DNA of 63,744 bases, filler included, from Reticulomyxa filosa (GCA_000512085.1; 19 parts of 19 records of this genome joined end to end with filler, not necessarily neighbours in it), one strand, 5' to 3'; shown: positions 13,182 to 27,118, numbered from the whole stretch's first letter. Notes: a model not told the origin generated them from the letters alone. Numbers and translations are program-made.

Positions 13182-14548
13182 TTATCCTCTAACATAAATT
13201 TGACCATTAATTGAACCATAACACAAATGAACGCCACCATTACTTCTTTTTAATTGTAAAAATTTAAAACAACATACTCCATTTTCTTGTTTATTGAGTA
13301 TACATAATTCCTTCTTATTTGATCGAATATCCCAAAAACGAATTGTACTATCAACTGAAGCAGAACATATTACATTTGAACTACCACCAATTTCGAAATT
13401 ATCCAATGTAAACGGTGAATATTCAACAGCAATGACACAATGTGTATGTCCATCGAACTTTTGAACTTGTTCACCAGATCGAATATCCCACAAACGAATA
13501 CTGTTATCATCTGATCCAGATAATATTGTATTTGCACAACCGACATTCCCTAATTCATTTGATCCATATTTTACACTTCTCACATAATCTTCATGGCCAT
13601 TAAATAACATCGATTGTTTGGTCGTTTCAACATCCCATATACGAATAGTTTTATCTGATGATCCAGAACAAATAGTATATCCACTACCACCAATTACACC
13701 AATATCAGTAATTTTATTCTCATTGTTGTTATTACTTTGCAATGGTGAAAAATCCACACACCGAACAATTAACGTATGTCCATGGAAAGCACATAATGAC
13801 TTGGATGTTTCAACATCCCATAAACCAATAGTTTTATCATCAGATCCAGAACACAAATATCTACCACCATTAAATGGTGAGAACACAATGCTCGTAACAC
13901 TGCGAGCGTGTTCATCGTATATTTGCAATTGTTGCTTATGTTTGATATCCCAAAAACGAATAGTCCCATCATTTGATGAAGAACAAACGACATTTAGACG
14001 ATTATTGTAACAATGATATGGTGAAAATTTTACACAATTAACAAAATCTGAGTGCCCATTAAATAATTGGATTTGTCTGTTAGTCTTTGGATCCCATACA
14101 CGAACAGTTTTATCAGTTGATCCAGAAAAAAGGAAATAGTCATTACCAACCTTTGAATAATCAATACTACACACACGATTTTTATGTACAGTTAAAACCT
14201 TGAGTAGTTTAGATGAGGAACGAAATGTATCAAATATGACAAGTTTAATTGTCTAAATGTATATTCAATAACAATACATAAATATTTAAACACTTGATTC
14301 GTCATGAAATGAGAAATAAAAAACATAACATATTTGACAACAATTCTGTCAAAATCACTGATCCATCCCAATTTAATGTTTAATACTCGAATCCAATAGG
14401 TAAGAATTACTTTAATTTCTCCTTCTTCTGATAGATTTGCCTAGAATTACATACAGTCAAAAGTTAAAGACAAACAATTTTTTGAAGTATTTGCTGAAAG
14501 GAAGCTCACTATCGGTAGTTGTACGTCTTTACTGTCAGAATTGCCCAT
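13182..14548 (-). CDS. WD40 beta-propeller protein (3 exons), intact
   Basis: Exon 1 MGNSDSKDVQLPI, exon 2 ANLSEEGEIKVILTYWIRVLNIKLGWISDFDRIVVKY, exon 3 TIKLVIFDTFRSSSKLL... with about 7 GH...S.D.TIR.WD repeats. Stop at 13182. Confidence 0.92.
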
Positions 14549-14784
14549 TTTTTCCAACTTTTGTTGTTTTTCTGACCAAGATTTAAAATTTGGAACTTTT
14601 ATCCATAAAAGGGCTTACTAAACATCACAATTTTTTGTTGTGTTCTTTTTATGCTAAAATAAAATTGTTTTCTACAAAATTTTAATTTAAATCCTTTATA
14701 TTATATCAAAAAAGAAATTACACATTATCATATCACCCTTTTTTTAAAAAGAAAAAAAGTAAAACTACTTAAAAAAAACTCAAC

Positions 14785-15140
14785 AACAGGGTAATCGCAC
14801 AGCACAAAAACATCCTGAACAAAGTCGAGATATTAGCACTTCAACCCTTTTTCAAATTTTGAAGGATTTGCCCAGTCTACTTTATTTATCTCAATGTGTG
14901 CTGTACAAAAACGAAATCCTCATTCGTAGAGGTTACAATCAAAGAGCCTGTTATTCTTATCATACACTCATAAATGAATATAAATATATCTGTTCGTGTC
15001 CAATTGATGTTAAATTATGTAGTCACTGTGTAGTGAAACTAGTTGATAACAATAGCAATGAAATCACTTTGTTGTCTTTTGGTGGAAAAAATAAATACGC
15101 ATTAATGATGAAATATGTAAGTGCTTCTTTCTATCCATGA
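14785..15140 (+). pseudogene. Kelch-like propeller family, 5' fragment without a start codon
   Basis: FQILKDLPSLLYLSQCVLYKNEILI...CYSYHTLINEYKYICSCP...HCVVKLVDNNSNEITLLSFGG. Paralogous to 16390 and 18663. Truncated after MKYVS. Confidence 0.7.
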
Positions 15141-15509
15141 AAGGATTTGTAAACTACGTTGATAATATGCAGATCAATTTCTGTTTATGATTTTTTTAGA
15201 ACCAAAAGAAAACTGTTTTAAAAAATATTTTAAAAGTTAGCAACCATTCTGTAAAGATTTGATGTGGTACAATTTTATAATTTGTTGATAAAGCATATTA
15301 TAGAGATGACCCACTTTCTCCACGAAGAAATAACATTTAAATTTAATTTTTAAAAATGGTTTGATTAGATTTTTATTGAAGTTTTTGCTTTTGTTTTTGT
15401 ATTTAATTATTTGATTTTGTTTTAATCAAATTTTCTTTTGTCAATTAGTGAAGAAAAATTATTTCATTTAATGAATCAAACCACACAAAAAATTTTTAGT
15501 GGAAAAATG

Positions 15510-16010
15510 ATTTTATCCCCAAATATAAATTGAACCCCTTTTTGAACCATAACACAGATTAATCCATCTGCTGTTATTATTTTTTTTTATTGTTTCTTTA
15601 TTGTTGGGATTTAAGACAATATATTCCATAATCGCCATAATCTCCATTCATCACATATAATTCCTTCTTATTTGATCGAATATCCCAAAAACAGATTGTG
15701 TTATCTCTTGACGCAGAACATATCACATTTGAACTACCAATTTCGATATTATTTAATATGAATGGTGAATATTCAACAGCATTCACACCACTTATATGTC
15801 CATTAAACATTTGAATTTGTTCACCAGATCGAATATACCATAAACGAGTACTATCATCATTTGATCCATATTTTACGCTCATAATCCAATACTAATGTCC
15901 TTTGAGTATTATGGGTTAATGATTTGGATGTTTCAAATACCATAAGCGAATAACTGTGTTAGATGATCCAGAACACAAATATCTACCACCATTAAACGGT
16001 GAAAATTCAA
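15510..16010 (-). pseudogene. WD40 pseudogene with internal deletions (paralog of 13182-14548)
   Basis: SIEFSPFNGGRYLCSGS and IRSGEQIQMFNGH...VICSASRDNTICFWDIRSNKKELY, with intervening repeats deleted and the frame broken. Confidence 0.85.
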
Positions 16011-16388
16011 TTGAACCATCTAACTTGTATGTTCTTTTTGAAGATATAAGATGAAAAACGTTTGAACTTTTTTGTCTCAAAATCATCGAAAACGTTGTCA
16101 AAATTTTGATGATACCTTCAATGAGAAGAAATAATTGTTTAAAATTAGTTACGATGGGCATCTTACAGTTAGTTGAATGTGAATGGATTTAAACAAAAAT
16201 TTTCGAAAACAATACTACTATTCTATCAGATGCTTATGTTTGACTTAAAAATTGCTATATTTTCACTCCAGTGTATTGTAATTAATAAAAAAGAAATCTG
16301 ATATCCCAAAAAACTTAAAAGAACGGTTTTTCATGTCCTTCTCCTTTTTTTTAAAAAATAAACTACTTCATAGCTTCTCAACATTAAC

Positions 16389-16620
16389 ATGAGCAGCTAA
16401 ATCTTTTAAACTTTGAAGGAGTTGACTATTCTGCTCCCTGACTCTCAATACGTGTAACACAGCACGAAATCCTCGCTTGTGGAGGTAAACTTAAGAGCTT
16501 GTTATTCTTACTATAAACCCAAAAACAAATAAAGTTTATCTTCAATTAAAAGGACACTGTGTAATGAAGCTGGTGGATAATAATAGCAAAGACAAAAATC
16601 AAATTACCTTGGCATTTAAT
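16389..16620 (+). pseudogene. Kelch-like family remnant
   Basis: TLKELT, RACYSY, GGACACTGTGTAATGAAGCTGGTGGATAAT (GHCVMKLVDN) and NQITL, with multiple stops. Confidence 0.65.
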
Positions 16621-16926
16621 CTTTAACTTTGAGTTTTTTGACTTGCTTTTAAGTTAAGTACTTAATTGTTCGAGAGAATTTATTGTTAAAACTTTCCAAA
16701 ATTTTCTGATTGTATGCAAATTCGCAAAGAGGGAAATTTCTTTTGAGAATGCATTTGACAAAGCGCTTTACACAAGTCTGATTTATCAACTTAGAAGTTG
16801 TAAAAGATTTAACAGACAGAAATACAATTGAAAAATAGACTGCTATTTACATGTTTACACCTTTTCGTTCGTCTTGGAAAAAAAAAGTTCAAACATTTTT
16901 ATCTTATATCTGAAAAAGATTAAAAG

Positions 16927-17680
16927 ATGACAACTATTAACAATGAAAAACAATCTTCAATGCAACTCACATTGGTAAGCTTTGAATCTTTTCAAAAGCT
17001 AGTTACGTTTCGGCTTTTACTGTATTTATTGTGTGCAATACGTGGTTGAATTAGTTAGAGAAAAAAGAAGAAGAGATAAAAGTAATTATCCAATATTGGA
17101 TCCGAATATTAAACGTTAAAGTAGGATGGATTCATGATTTCGACAAATTTGTTGTCAATTATGTTATGTTTATTTGTTTTTTATTCAATATGTTTAAATT
17201 TCTATTTGCTATTATTTGTTATCATCACTTAACATAGGCAACCGCAGTTTTCATGCTGGATACATTTCGTTCATCATCCAAATTAATGAACACACTCACT
17301 GGACATACTAATAATGTGTGGGGTATTGATTATTCAACAGTTGATAATAATAAGTTAATTTGTTCAGTATCAAATGATAAAACAGTTCGCGTATGGGATG
17401 TTGATAACAATAAACAAATTCAATTATTTAATGGGCATTCCAGTCATACGTATTGCGTAAAATTTTCACCTTATCACTATTACACTAATGGTTGTAATGT
17501 AATTTGTTCTTCGTCACAAGACAGAACGATTCGTTTTTGGGATTTAAAAAAAAATCAACAATTGCAAGTATTCAACGAACACAACGGTTGGGTCGGTGGC
17601 ATTGAATTCTCACCTTTTAATGGTGGTAGATATTTGTTTTCTGGATCATATGACAGAACTATTCGTTTATGGGATGTTGA
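16927..17680 (+). CDS. WD40 protein, 5' part (3 exons; truncated by contig end)
   Basis: MTTINNEKQSSMQLTL|gtaagc; IQYWIRILNVKVGWIHDFDKFVVNY|gttatg; then DTFRSSSKLMNTLTGH...VRVWD, IRFWD and IRLWD repeats. Confidence 0.9.
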
Positions 17681-18662
17681 NNNNNNNNNNNNNNNNNNNN
17701 NNNNNNNNNNNNNNNNNNNNNNNNTTAATTAATTAANNNNNNNNNNNNNNNNNNNNNNNNNNNNNNNNNNNNNNNNNNNNAGTGGTTAATGAGTTTTAAG
17801 TTCAGTGTGAGAGTTTTCTAATCCCCGCTTGCAAATGCAAACAGTAATAATTGACTTTTGTAAATTTGGATTTGTTTTTGAACGGAAAAGCTCCTACTTT
17901 TACATATAAAAAAAAGGGAAATACTTGTCCATTTGATTATCCGTTCATTAAAAACAATGCTTTTCAAAAAATAGTAATTTCATTCATATTACGTATTTAA
18001 GACTTTTTTAAAACTTGTTAGTGTATCTCCGTTTTTGAAAAAACAAAAGCAAGCGAATGAAAAAATTCAAATATGTAGAAGTTAACCAAATTTTATCTTT
18101 ACAAAAAAAACTACAAGTTTTTATAAGATAAATTTGTATCCGTTTTGATACAACGTCCTCTTTTTCATATCTTGAAACTACAAGCCCAGAAACGTATCAC
18201 ATTTTGTGTTTGCAAGGACTTCAAAACTCGCATTGCCTTTGAAAGGACGCAATAAATCAGTGGTTAATCTTTGACATGTATAACACGGCAAATTTTTGTT
18301 AATTGCTCTATATTAGTATCTATGGTGGAAAAAGCGTATAAATGATAGTGATATTGAAATGAAAGGAGTAAATATTAAATGACTCAAGACTACTCTTTTT
18401 TTTTGTTATTGTTTTAACATAAACACGAATATTTCGTAAGCTTAGCTTTTGTTGTGTGCGAAAAAATAACTATTCCTGCTTATTACCTACACGGCAAAAA
18501 GTTTTATTAATTTTTTTACAATGTGACCAGTTAAATTTTTCATTCAATTATTGTAATTTTTTTGTTTTATTAACAAAAAAAATATCAATGTAAAACGCCT
18601 TTTTTGTTGGTTTTTTATTTTCTCAAAGAGGCCGTCACATTAACAAAAAATAAAAACTTTAA

Positions 18663-19130
18663 ATGGACAACCGAAATACAACACAAAACTGTCCTAAAAG
18701 AGAAACTGAACAGACTAAACAAAGTCAGCGTTTTATTACCCTCTTTCAAACTTTGAAGGAGTTGCCCATTCCACTTTACTAATCTCAATATGTGCTACAT
18801 AAAAACGAAATAATCATTTGTGGATGAATACAAGTTTATCCAAGTCATGTCAAATTAGAAGACATTGTGTAGTGAAACTGGTAGATAATAATAAACACAA
18901 CAATCAAATCACTTTGGTGATGAAATATGTAAGTGTTTGGAGTAATATATCAAACAGATCAAATGAATTTAACAATAACAGTCAATGGGTTTCTTTCACA
19001 TATAATTGCAATTATACAAATTATTATTGGAAGAGATTTGGAGTGTGCATTTATTGGTGGAAGCAATAATCATTTGTTATTTATCACTTATTATTATAAA
19101 AATATTATTGCATTTCAACTTATTTGGATT
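18663..19130 (+). pseudogene. Kelch-like family pseudogene
   Basis: MDNRNTT...FQTLKELPIPLY*SQYVLHKNEIII, HCVVKLVDNNK, MKYVSVWS and AFIGGSNNHLLFITYY, with stops and frameshifts. Confidence 0.75.
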
Positions 19131-19299
19131 GTTATGACTCAATTGCAAATAACAAAAGTTTTTGATTTTATTTGATTGATAAGATATCAAATAGTTTATA
19201 AACATGTAATTTCTTATGTTTTAAATCCTTCACTTTTTAAAAAAGAAAAGTAAAATGAAAATATGGTGAATCAACAAGCAAATAAACATTCGGCAATGT

Positions 19300-21520
19300 C
19301 GGTGGTGTTGATAACGTGACAGCGACTCATGAGAGCCACTGGAGCCCACTAATGCGATCAAAATTGGATTGGACCAAAATTCTCACACGAACAAATGGGG
19401 GAGCGCTTGTATCATGTCGGGCTGCACGATGCCAAGACTTCTCATTGCAAAGCTACCCGCAATCGTTTGAAAAAGTTTCAAAATGCTAAAATCAAAAAGC
19501 TCATTCGTCTTTGCAGCAAATGTGGCTACATATTCGTCAATTGATGGAAGGATATATTTATATGATATTGCCATCCAGATGGGCAAGTATTTTTGACTTT
19601 ATTGTTTTTCACACATACACACAAACGCTTTGATATATACGTATGTACTCATATACACATATATAAATGTACATATGCATATGGTATATGTATAAAATAA
19701 GGTTTGCATTATCTGAAAGAGCTATTGCAAAAGATGCGATTGATTGCCTTTAAATTGCGCAATTCATTGTTAAATATCTTGGACGAGGGCCATTGTGAAC
19801 GAAAAGTAAGAATTGTAGTAGGAAAAAGTAAGTCCAATGAACAGTGAAAGATCGGCAAAGTATTCGGTCAAGGGCTCAACACATTCGACAAAGCACTGGA
19901 ACGAATGTTGTTAAAACGAGGAAATAGTCTTGAATGTATTGATTCTCTTTTGATGTATCACGACTCACTTTGGGATTGCTTTGCAGCGGCAATGATGTGC
20001 ACCTTATTACTATTACTGTAATAGTGCTGTTGAATTGGACTTTTCGACGAACCACTGGAGTTGGGTGGATCGTTGCTATTGGATTCGCACCTGTTCACTC
20101 CATTATTTTTGTCGAAGAAATCAATTAGAAAGACACACGTCAGCACAAGAGCGGCACAATCTGATTCATTGTGGCAAGCTTTCATCAAGAAGATGAATAA
20201 GATCCATAAGTCAATCATTTGATTGCAAACGCAAATGCAAATCTTTAGAACGACATTATGTCACCGCGTTCATTGTCCATTTCCGTCATAACCAAATTAC
20301 AATGTTTTTATCTTCGATGAAAAAAAATTCAAATGCCAAATCATAAATTGTTGTATTTTTTGATATCTATTTTTTTTTTTTTTAAAAGTAATGACAATTT
20401 GATAATGTTTTTTTTAAATGCAAAAAAAGATAATTGGTTGTTAGTCAATTGTCCAAATCATCAAATGCTAAAATACTTATTTGAAATAATCAACTCATAC
20501 GGATCTACATGTGTGTAAATAACTGGTACTGCGAATGTTCAATATTTTCGAACGAATGACAAAAGATGTGACTTTGAAATCGATCGAATATCAAAAGTGT
20601 AGTAACAAAATGGAAGATGCACTCTATTGTCAACAGTCCAACGATGCATTTATTGACAATAATTTTCACAAATAAGTCCACGCTTGCAAAAAGTCGGAAC
20701 ATCAATTTCGCGTTTACGCCATTGATAAGAGACGTTTGACAACTGCAAATGACTTTTACAAACAGTTTTATATTCTGTCATTTTGTTAAAGCATTTTTTC
20801 TAATTTTTATAAAATTCGACACTTATTTATATGTTAATCGAACAAAATTTATTCGTCTGTGTATTACGATAGACAAAAAAACAAAAAGTGTCCAAAATTT
20901 GCAAAGTATTCAACGAATCTGAATGACAAAAAAAAAAGCCACTTCTATTGTCTAATACTCATTCGTGCACGTGAGAGCATGCTCGATTTTATTCAAATAT
21001 GGATCCATCCCAATCATTCACTATGCGAAAACTGCACAGCACGAAATGAACGCACTGTTCAAATATAATCGGCATTTGTTAAGGCATTCGTCCAATACAG
21101 CTGTCGACTACATTGTGTGTTATTTACACCCTTTTTTTGTCTGTGCTTCTCTAGCAAATCAAACTTTAATGCAAATATTTATCCGAAAGATATGCTGTGG
21201 TTAGTGCTGCGGATGAAGGGCGTAAAATCTATGCCCGAAGTGCCTTCATATGAAAACGGTAATGCCTTTTCAGTCCTGGATGCTTTGATTTCAAAACTGG
21301 AACTGCATCGGATCAATATCTAAATCAAGCGTTTGCATACGCTACAAAAGTTGCCGAAAATCGCTATGACGTGTTACTGGAATTACTCAAAACTGTATTC
21401 AAGTTTTACACTTGCTCAAAGTCGGAATACGACAAAGAGATATTGTTGCATGCATGAATCAAATAATCCTTGAACGTTGTCGTGCAATTTGAAGTCGTAT
21501 TGTTTTGTTTTTTTTTATAA
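19300..21520 (+). pseudogene. Degraded multi-exon gene of unknown family
   Basis: Helical protein-like frames (LHYLKELLQKMRLIAFKLRNSLLNILDEG; FDKALERMLLKRGNSLECIDSLLMYHDSLWD) with stops. An intron-like (AT/AC)-rich tract lies at 19585-19701. Confidence 0.3.
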
Positions 21521-22718
21521 CATTGTCCATGTGACTATTTACATTTATATGTATATACGTATGTACATGTATGATGAGAGCGCTGTTGAACTTTCTAATA
21601 TATTTTTTAACAGGCATAAGGCAATGCTGTCTCTTGACAATATTCAAGTAAATAATGAACTATGCAATTAAAAATAATGTAAAAGGGCCGTTTGAATATT
21701 TTTGGATGGTCAAATGAATGCCAAAGTAAAGTGTGAACAATATAAAAAAAATCCACAATAATCAAGCAAACCTTTGTTTTAAATACTAAAAAAAATATAA
21801 ATTCAATATATTTTTTAAAACAAATTTTTGGACACAGATAAGCGTTGTCTCATGTTTTTTTGAAAAGACTTTCGATGTAGTGAATTTGTGTCATATTGAA
21901 TAGCAACAAAGAATTGGACGTAATATTTAAAAGACTAGTTTAGTGTAGTCACAGCAAAACTAATCCAATTTGACCTAATCAATTACTTTCATCCTACAAG
22001 CTGGGGATAATTTCAAATCAACTCAGATAGTAGCCTTGACATGTTTATCTTCTTTTTCTTTCAAAAATTCTATCCTCTAATGGAGCATGGTGATCAAGCT
22101 GTCTCAATAAATTGTCACACATTAGATCTAAAAAGTACATGAATTATTTTAATTTTTTTCTTTTAAAGGAGAAAAATCTACATTCTAAAATGAAACATTT
22201 GCAATTTTATTAATAAAAAATAAAATCTTTTAAAATAATATCTAGACATCCTGTAAAATCTAAAAATGTCTTTGATTTTCAATAAAAGTGTAGAAAACCA
22301 TGCAAAAATCGTTAATGTTTTTTGTTCATTTTTTCTAGAACGCTCGCTTCCAACTTTACGCTATTCAAAATTATTTTTTTTCAGCCTCTTAAGCGCATTC
22401 TTAATTGTAGAAATAGGGCGATCTATTAATGTGGCAATGCGCTTAGCACCAAGACTAGTCTTTTTTTGCGGTTGATTGTATATGAATAAAGCTTTTTGAT
22501 TTATCTTTTTTTTTCCTTCATTAAAAATATCATGTTGCTAAAAACGTAAGGATTGAATGTAAACGGATTCTTCGAATATTACTTTTTCAACGTCTTTGTT
22601 TTCAGAGTGATGTAAATGNNNNNNNNNNNNNNNNNNNNNNNNNNNNNNNNNNNNNNNNNNNNTTAATTAATTAANNNNNNNNNNNNNNNNNNNNNNNNNN
22701 NNNNNNNNNNNNNNNNNN

Positions 22719-22868
22719 AAAAATATCTACAAATTTCATATTTAAAAACTACAAGATTTGTAGATATTTTTAAAAAAAAATTAGGTCTAAATGTTGATTT
22801 TTCATTGAGAAAATCAATTATCATCATAAGATATCGTTTTAGGCGTTCAGTTTTCTTTGCAACATACT
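22719..22868 (-). repeat. Dispersed AT-rich repeat, copy B, with a perfect 16-bp hairpin
   Basis: Near-identical to 39751-39885. AAAAATATCTACAAAT (22719-22734) pairs with ATTTGTAGATATTTTT (22756-22771). Confidence 0.85.
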
Positions 22869-22869
22869 G

Positions 22870-24720
22870 TATAATCTTTATTGGATTGAAACATGAAGAA
22901 CATGAATTCTTTGTAGAATAGATCTTCATTCACCAAAAGATTGTTATGCTCGCATTCATACAAATTCGATATGTTATGCCATGATCTTGTTGGATAGAAG
23001 TATCATATCCAGGACAAAATAAACAGTTATTATTCTGTATTATTTACAGAAATATTCAAAACATTAAGTAATTTTAGAAGAAGCAAAAGGAAATAAATGA
23101 GATCGTATACCTTTTAACAACAAAGTATTTTATTTGGGTGAATTTGAAAAAGAATTGTCAGATGTCAGAAAATTGGTGACATAATATGGCGTGATTGGAA
23201 TGCACATCATCCTGCTTGTCTAGATAAAAACGTCGATAAAGTAGTAGGTCCATTCTTGATTTTATCATCTCTGACGATTTGCACATATCAAATTCATATC
23301 CATTTGATTAAACCTATTTAAAGAAAATGGCTCGTTACACATTGATATAACGATATGCTTTTCATCTTTGGCAGACCTTTGTTGAAATTGGATGATTGAC
23401 TATTATGAACTGGATGGTCAATCTGATTATTTGAATATTACTTTCAACATTCTTGCAAAATGGCACTTCAACATATTAACAGACAAAAAAATTGTCACTT
23501 GGAATCTGTCAAGTAATAATTGTAAATTATTTCGACAATATTTAATAAAAAATTTAGAAATATGTACAAATACACTAATGAACACACTCCAAAATTCTAC
23601 ATCTGCTCTGGATCAAGCAGTAGAATCTTGGAACCATTTCATCGTCAATACAGTGAAATCCACTATTGAACAAAAAATTAGTTGTAAAGAAAACAAACCT
23701 TGGTGGAGTAATAACTACATAAATTAAACAAGAATGTGCATCAATTGAAAAGAAATTTTAGAAAATATAGAACATCAGAAAATTACGAAAGATACAAAGA
23801 AGCTTCTCGATTATTCAAACGTATATTTCGATTTGAAAAACAAATTTACGTTACAAAAAGTATATAATCACTACATGGAGGAAATACAAATAAATGTTAT
23901 GTCAGTTTAGGTCCTTGAATTCAAATAAAATTAAATAATTTAATCTTTAATAATTCCAAGAAAAGATAGAATCATATGCTCAATTACTGAAACTTAAATC
24001 GATAAAGCAAGTCTATTTGCTAATTGGTTTGTCCAACCACAGCCTCCAAAACCATCAAATGAAGATAATGAACAATATGGATATGTTGAAGATGAAATTT
24101 GGTCATTGGTTCAGATGTCAAAGAAGCAGAATTAAGTGAATATTACTTGATGTATGTCATCAAACGGATATCACTGAAGAAAAAGTAATTGAAGCGATCA
24201 GACACATATCTGCATATAAATCACAATGTTCTGATAATATCACAATTTGATGTTGAAAAATGGACAAAGTTTGATCAATTAGCTAGTATTACTTTTTGGA
24301 TGGAGCTACAACATTGGTATTTCCAAAGTAGTGAAAAATAGCAAATATTGTGGATACAAGCCAGATCGTGATATAACCATTTATAAAAATTGCAGTCCAA
24401 TATCATTGCTGTCGTGGGGAAAACTAATGGAACGAATTGTAACAATAACACTTATGAAATATTTAAATGAAAACCAAATGTTGCACCAAAGCCAAACAGG
24501 ATTTCAATATTAGCGCAACAAATCAGAATTACTACTACGCTTATCAGGGTCAATCAATATATCATTTGATAAAAATGAATTAATTTATGCAGCTATGTTA
24601 GATATTTCGTCATCATATGACAGCGTCTGGCGTGATTGTCTAAGATATAAAATGAAGAATGAATTTAATCTTCGTGGTAAACTATACTGGTGCGTTGATA
24701 GTTTTCTGTCGGAAAGATTA
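22870..24720 (+). mobile_element. Degraded LINE ORF2 (APE endonuclease plus reverse transcriptase N-half)
   Basis: APE motifs DWNAHHPA, IDITI and QSDY; linker KPWW; RT motifs KNCSPISLLS-WGKLMERIV, LHQSQTGFQ, AMLDISSSYDSVWRDCL and VDSFLSER. Many stops and frameshifts. Confidence 0.92.
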
Positions 24721-24785
24721 TTCAATGTAAGAAAGATACAAGACTAATTTTTTTTTTGAAATATATCTACGTGACTTGAAGATTA
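24721..24785 (+). repeat. Dispersed AT-rich repeat, partial copy D (inverted relative to copy B)
   Basis: TCAATG...AGACTAATTTTTTTTTTGAAATATATCTAC resembles the reverse complement of copy B (TCAATG...AGACCTAATTTTTTTTTAAAAATATCTAC). Confidence 0.5.
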
Positions 24786-25730
24786 AACAAAAATATTATA
24801 AAATATCATGGTGCAAATGCAAGTGCAAACTATTTGCATTGATTATATATTATAAAATAGTGTAATTTGCAACTACGTACTCCTACAAAAAATAGTTTTT
24901 CTTTTTTTTTTTAAACAGATATAAACACACAGACAGTGGATACGCAGACATGTACTAGCAATAATGCAACTACCACATGCATGCAATTGTTTTTATATAT
25001 ATATTTTTTTTTTGCCTTTTTTGTAGTTTTTTTTTTGCGTTGTTTGGAAGTAAAATTTGAATTTTAGTTGTTGTAATGTTTATTTTTTGAGTTTTGGAAT
25101 TTAGTAATTTGCAAAATGGCCATTATTGCAATTATTTAAACGTGAATGCAATATTATTAATTTGAGATTCAATTTAATTTAATACACAAACAGTTTTTTT
25201 TGTCCACAATCTAGTATCTTTTAAAGAGTGTGCAAAAATTAATGCTTATTATCATTTGCAATCTTAGCAGAAAATTTAGTCGAAATGCTCGAATAGTGAA
25301 ACCAGTGAAAAATAAACGTGATCTTAAGATTCCTCTTTTGTTTCCTTAAAAGGTAGCAATGATTTAATTGATTGTCTTTACTATAGTTTATGCATAATAT
25401 TTTCTCAAACAATACAAATTTCTTTCAATAAGAACAAATGTCACATCATATTGATTCAAAGGAAACAAAAGTACAATGCACTCAATTTTCTCCATAAAAA
25501 CAATTTTTTGATGTTTTACTTATTTATTTTTTTTTTTTGCAAATGTGGAGGTGAATGTACGCGCAAAATATCCTTTCAATTAAGAAATAATAGCTACTTT
25601 TGTCAATATTGATAATTGCCTTCACAGGAAAATAATAACAAAAAAATGACGTTTGTGGGCTTCTTTTCAAGTGAAACACTCCTGTGAAATATGCACTACC
25701 CTTGTGATACTTTGCTATGAGCCATATACA

Positions 25731-27118
25731 TCAATCCAACTCCAACCCATCCTCTGATCCTGAAATATTTGTCTTTGTGCATTGCTTTTTAAAATCTTCA
25801 ATTTCGGCTTTCAATTTGGCATTATCAATCAATTCGCTTTCAGTTAAGTGGGCACGTGTGAAGGGGTCAAATGGATTCGACAACAAGTGGCGAACAATAG
25901 TGCTTCGATCGACCGATACTTGCGAAGAGGGCAATATAACCGGATCTTCCATCAATGTATGCATCAACGGATCCAAGAAATGAGAAGGTATATTCGAGGC
26001 TTCTAGATTTTTGCCTTCAAATCGATGATCCTCGGCAATGCGATGCAAATGAATCCACATGGGCTTTAACGCTTCCGTAACCGAAGTCAACAATAAGGAA
26101 ATGTCCTTAACGATATTATCGGATTCCAAATGTGTGGAAGTATCAGCCTGGCCATGACTCAGCGAGATGATCAACCTCTTCATACGTTGTGCCGTCCCCA
26201 TACGATAACGAATTCTATTATATGTGCATTATGATATATATATATATGTATTGCACAACATTTAAAAAAAAAGAGTGAACTTGATGTTTCTTTCCATGTG
26301 AATTCTTTCTTCCTCGGACATATTTTCTTTGATAGGAAATTTGAATTGGGATGGCGGGTCTTGTTGAACGGATGGCAATTGGGACAAGTTATTCGACGAT
26401 GCAGTACTGGTCTGATTGTTCGGAGGTTGTTTCATTTCTTGATCTTGATTGGATTGGGAGCCATTGCGGTTGGAATGTGAGACAGTGTCGTCCATTTTGA
26501 CGTCATTATCACCAGCGTCATATTTCCAGCAATGTCGGAACTGAAACAAAAACCATTCGAATGCATGTAACATCGCTTGCTGGAAGATGGCCAATTCGAA
26601 ATGGTCACACTGTCCAATGGCCTTTAGAAAATCTTGATGCTTGCTCAAGTGGAAAAAGGACAGCGTGAGTGCCCCTAAAAAGCGATTGGTGACGTCGTAG
26701 TGTTTGTGCAATAGCACATCGTACATGCGATACGTACTGGACAAGCTGACGTCAAACCGACGCCCTCCAAAGTCGACAATGGCACGAAAACGTCGACGAT
26801 CGGCGTTATCAGTCGCATTACTGTTTGCAGGATTCTCTGTATCTGGTTGGCTTGTTGTAGCTGCTACTGCTGATGCTGCTGATGCTACTTCTTTTTCTTC
26901 TTCCTTTGTTTCCTTTTCCTCTCTGTCATGCATGTCGGCTGCGACTTCTGCCGCAATGTCTGTAATCTCTGTTGCTTCTGCCCTTTCATCTACTTTTAAC
27001 TCCACTTCCACTTCCACTTTCACTTGCGATTCATTTTGTACATCTCCTTGCTTCTCCTCTGTTTCGTTCGCCGCTTCTGCATCTTCACGTCTTCCACTTC
27101 CACTTCTATTTCTTCAAT
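25731..27118 (-). CDS. U-box E3/E4 ubiquitin ligase, UFD2/UBE4-type C-terminus (5' truncated; intron 26215-26280)
   Basis: C-terminal [67 protein letters not shown] is a UFD2-type U-box. The splice NIK|IRYRMG is in frame. Confidence 0.85.
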
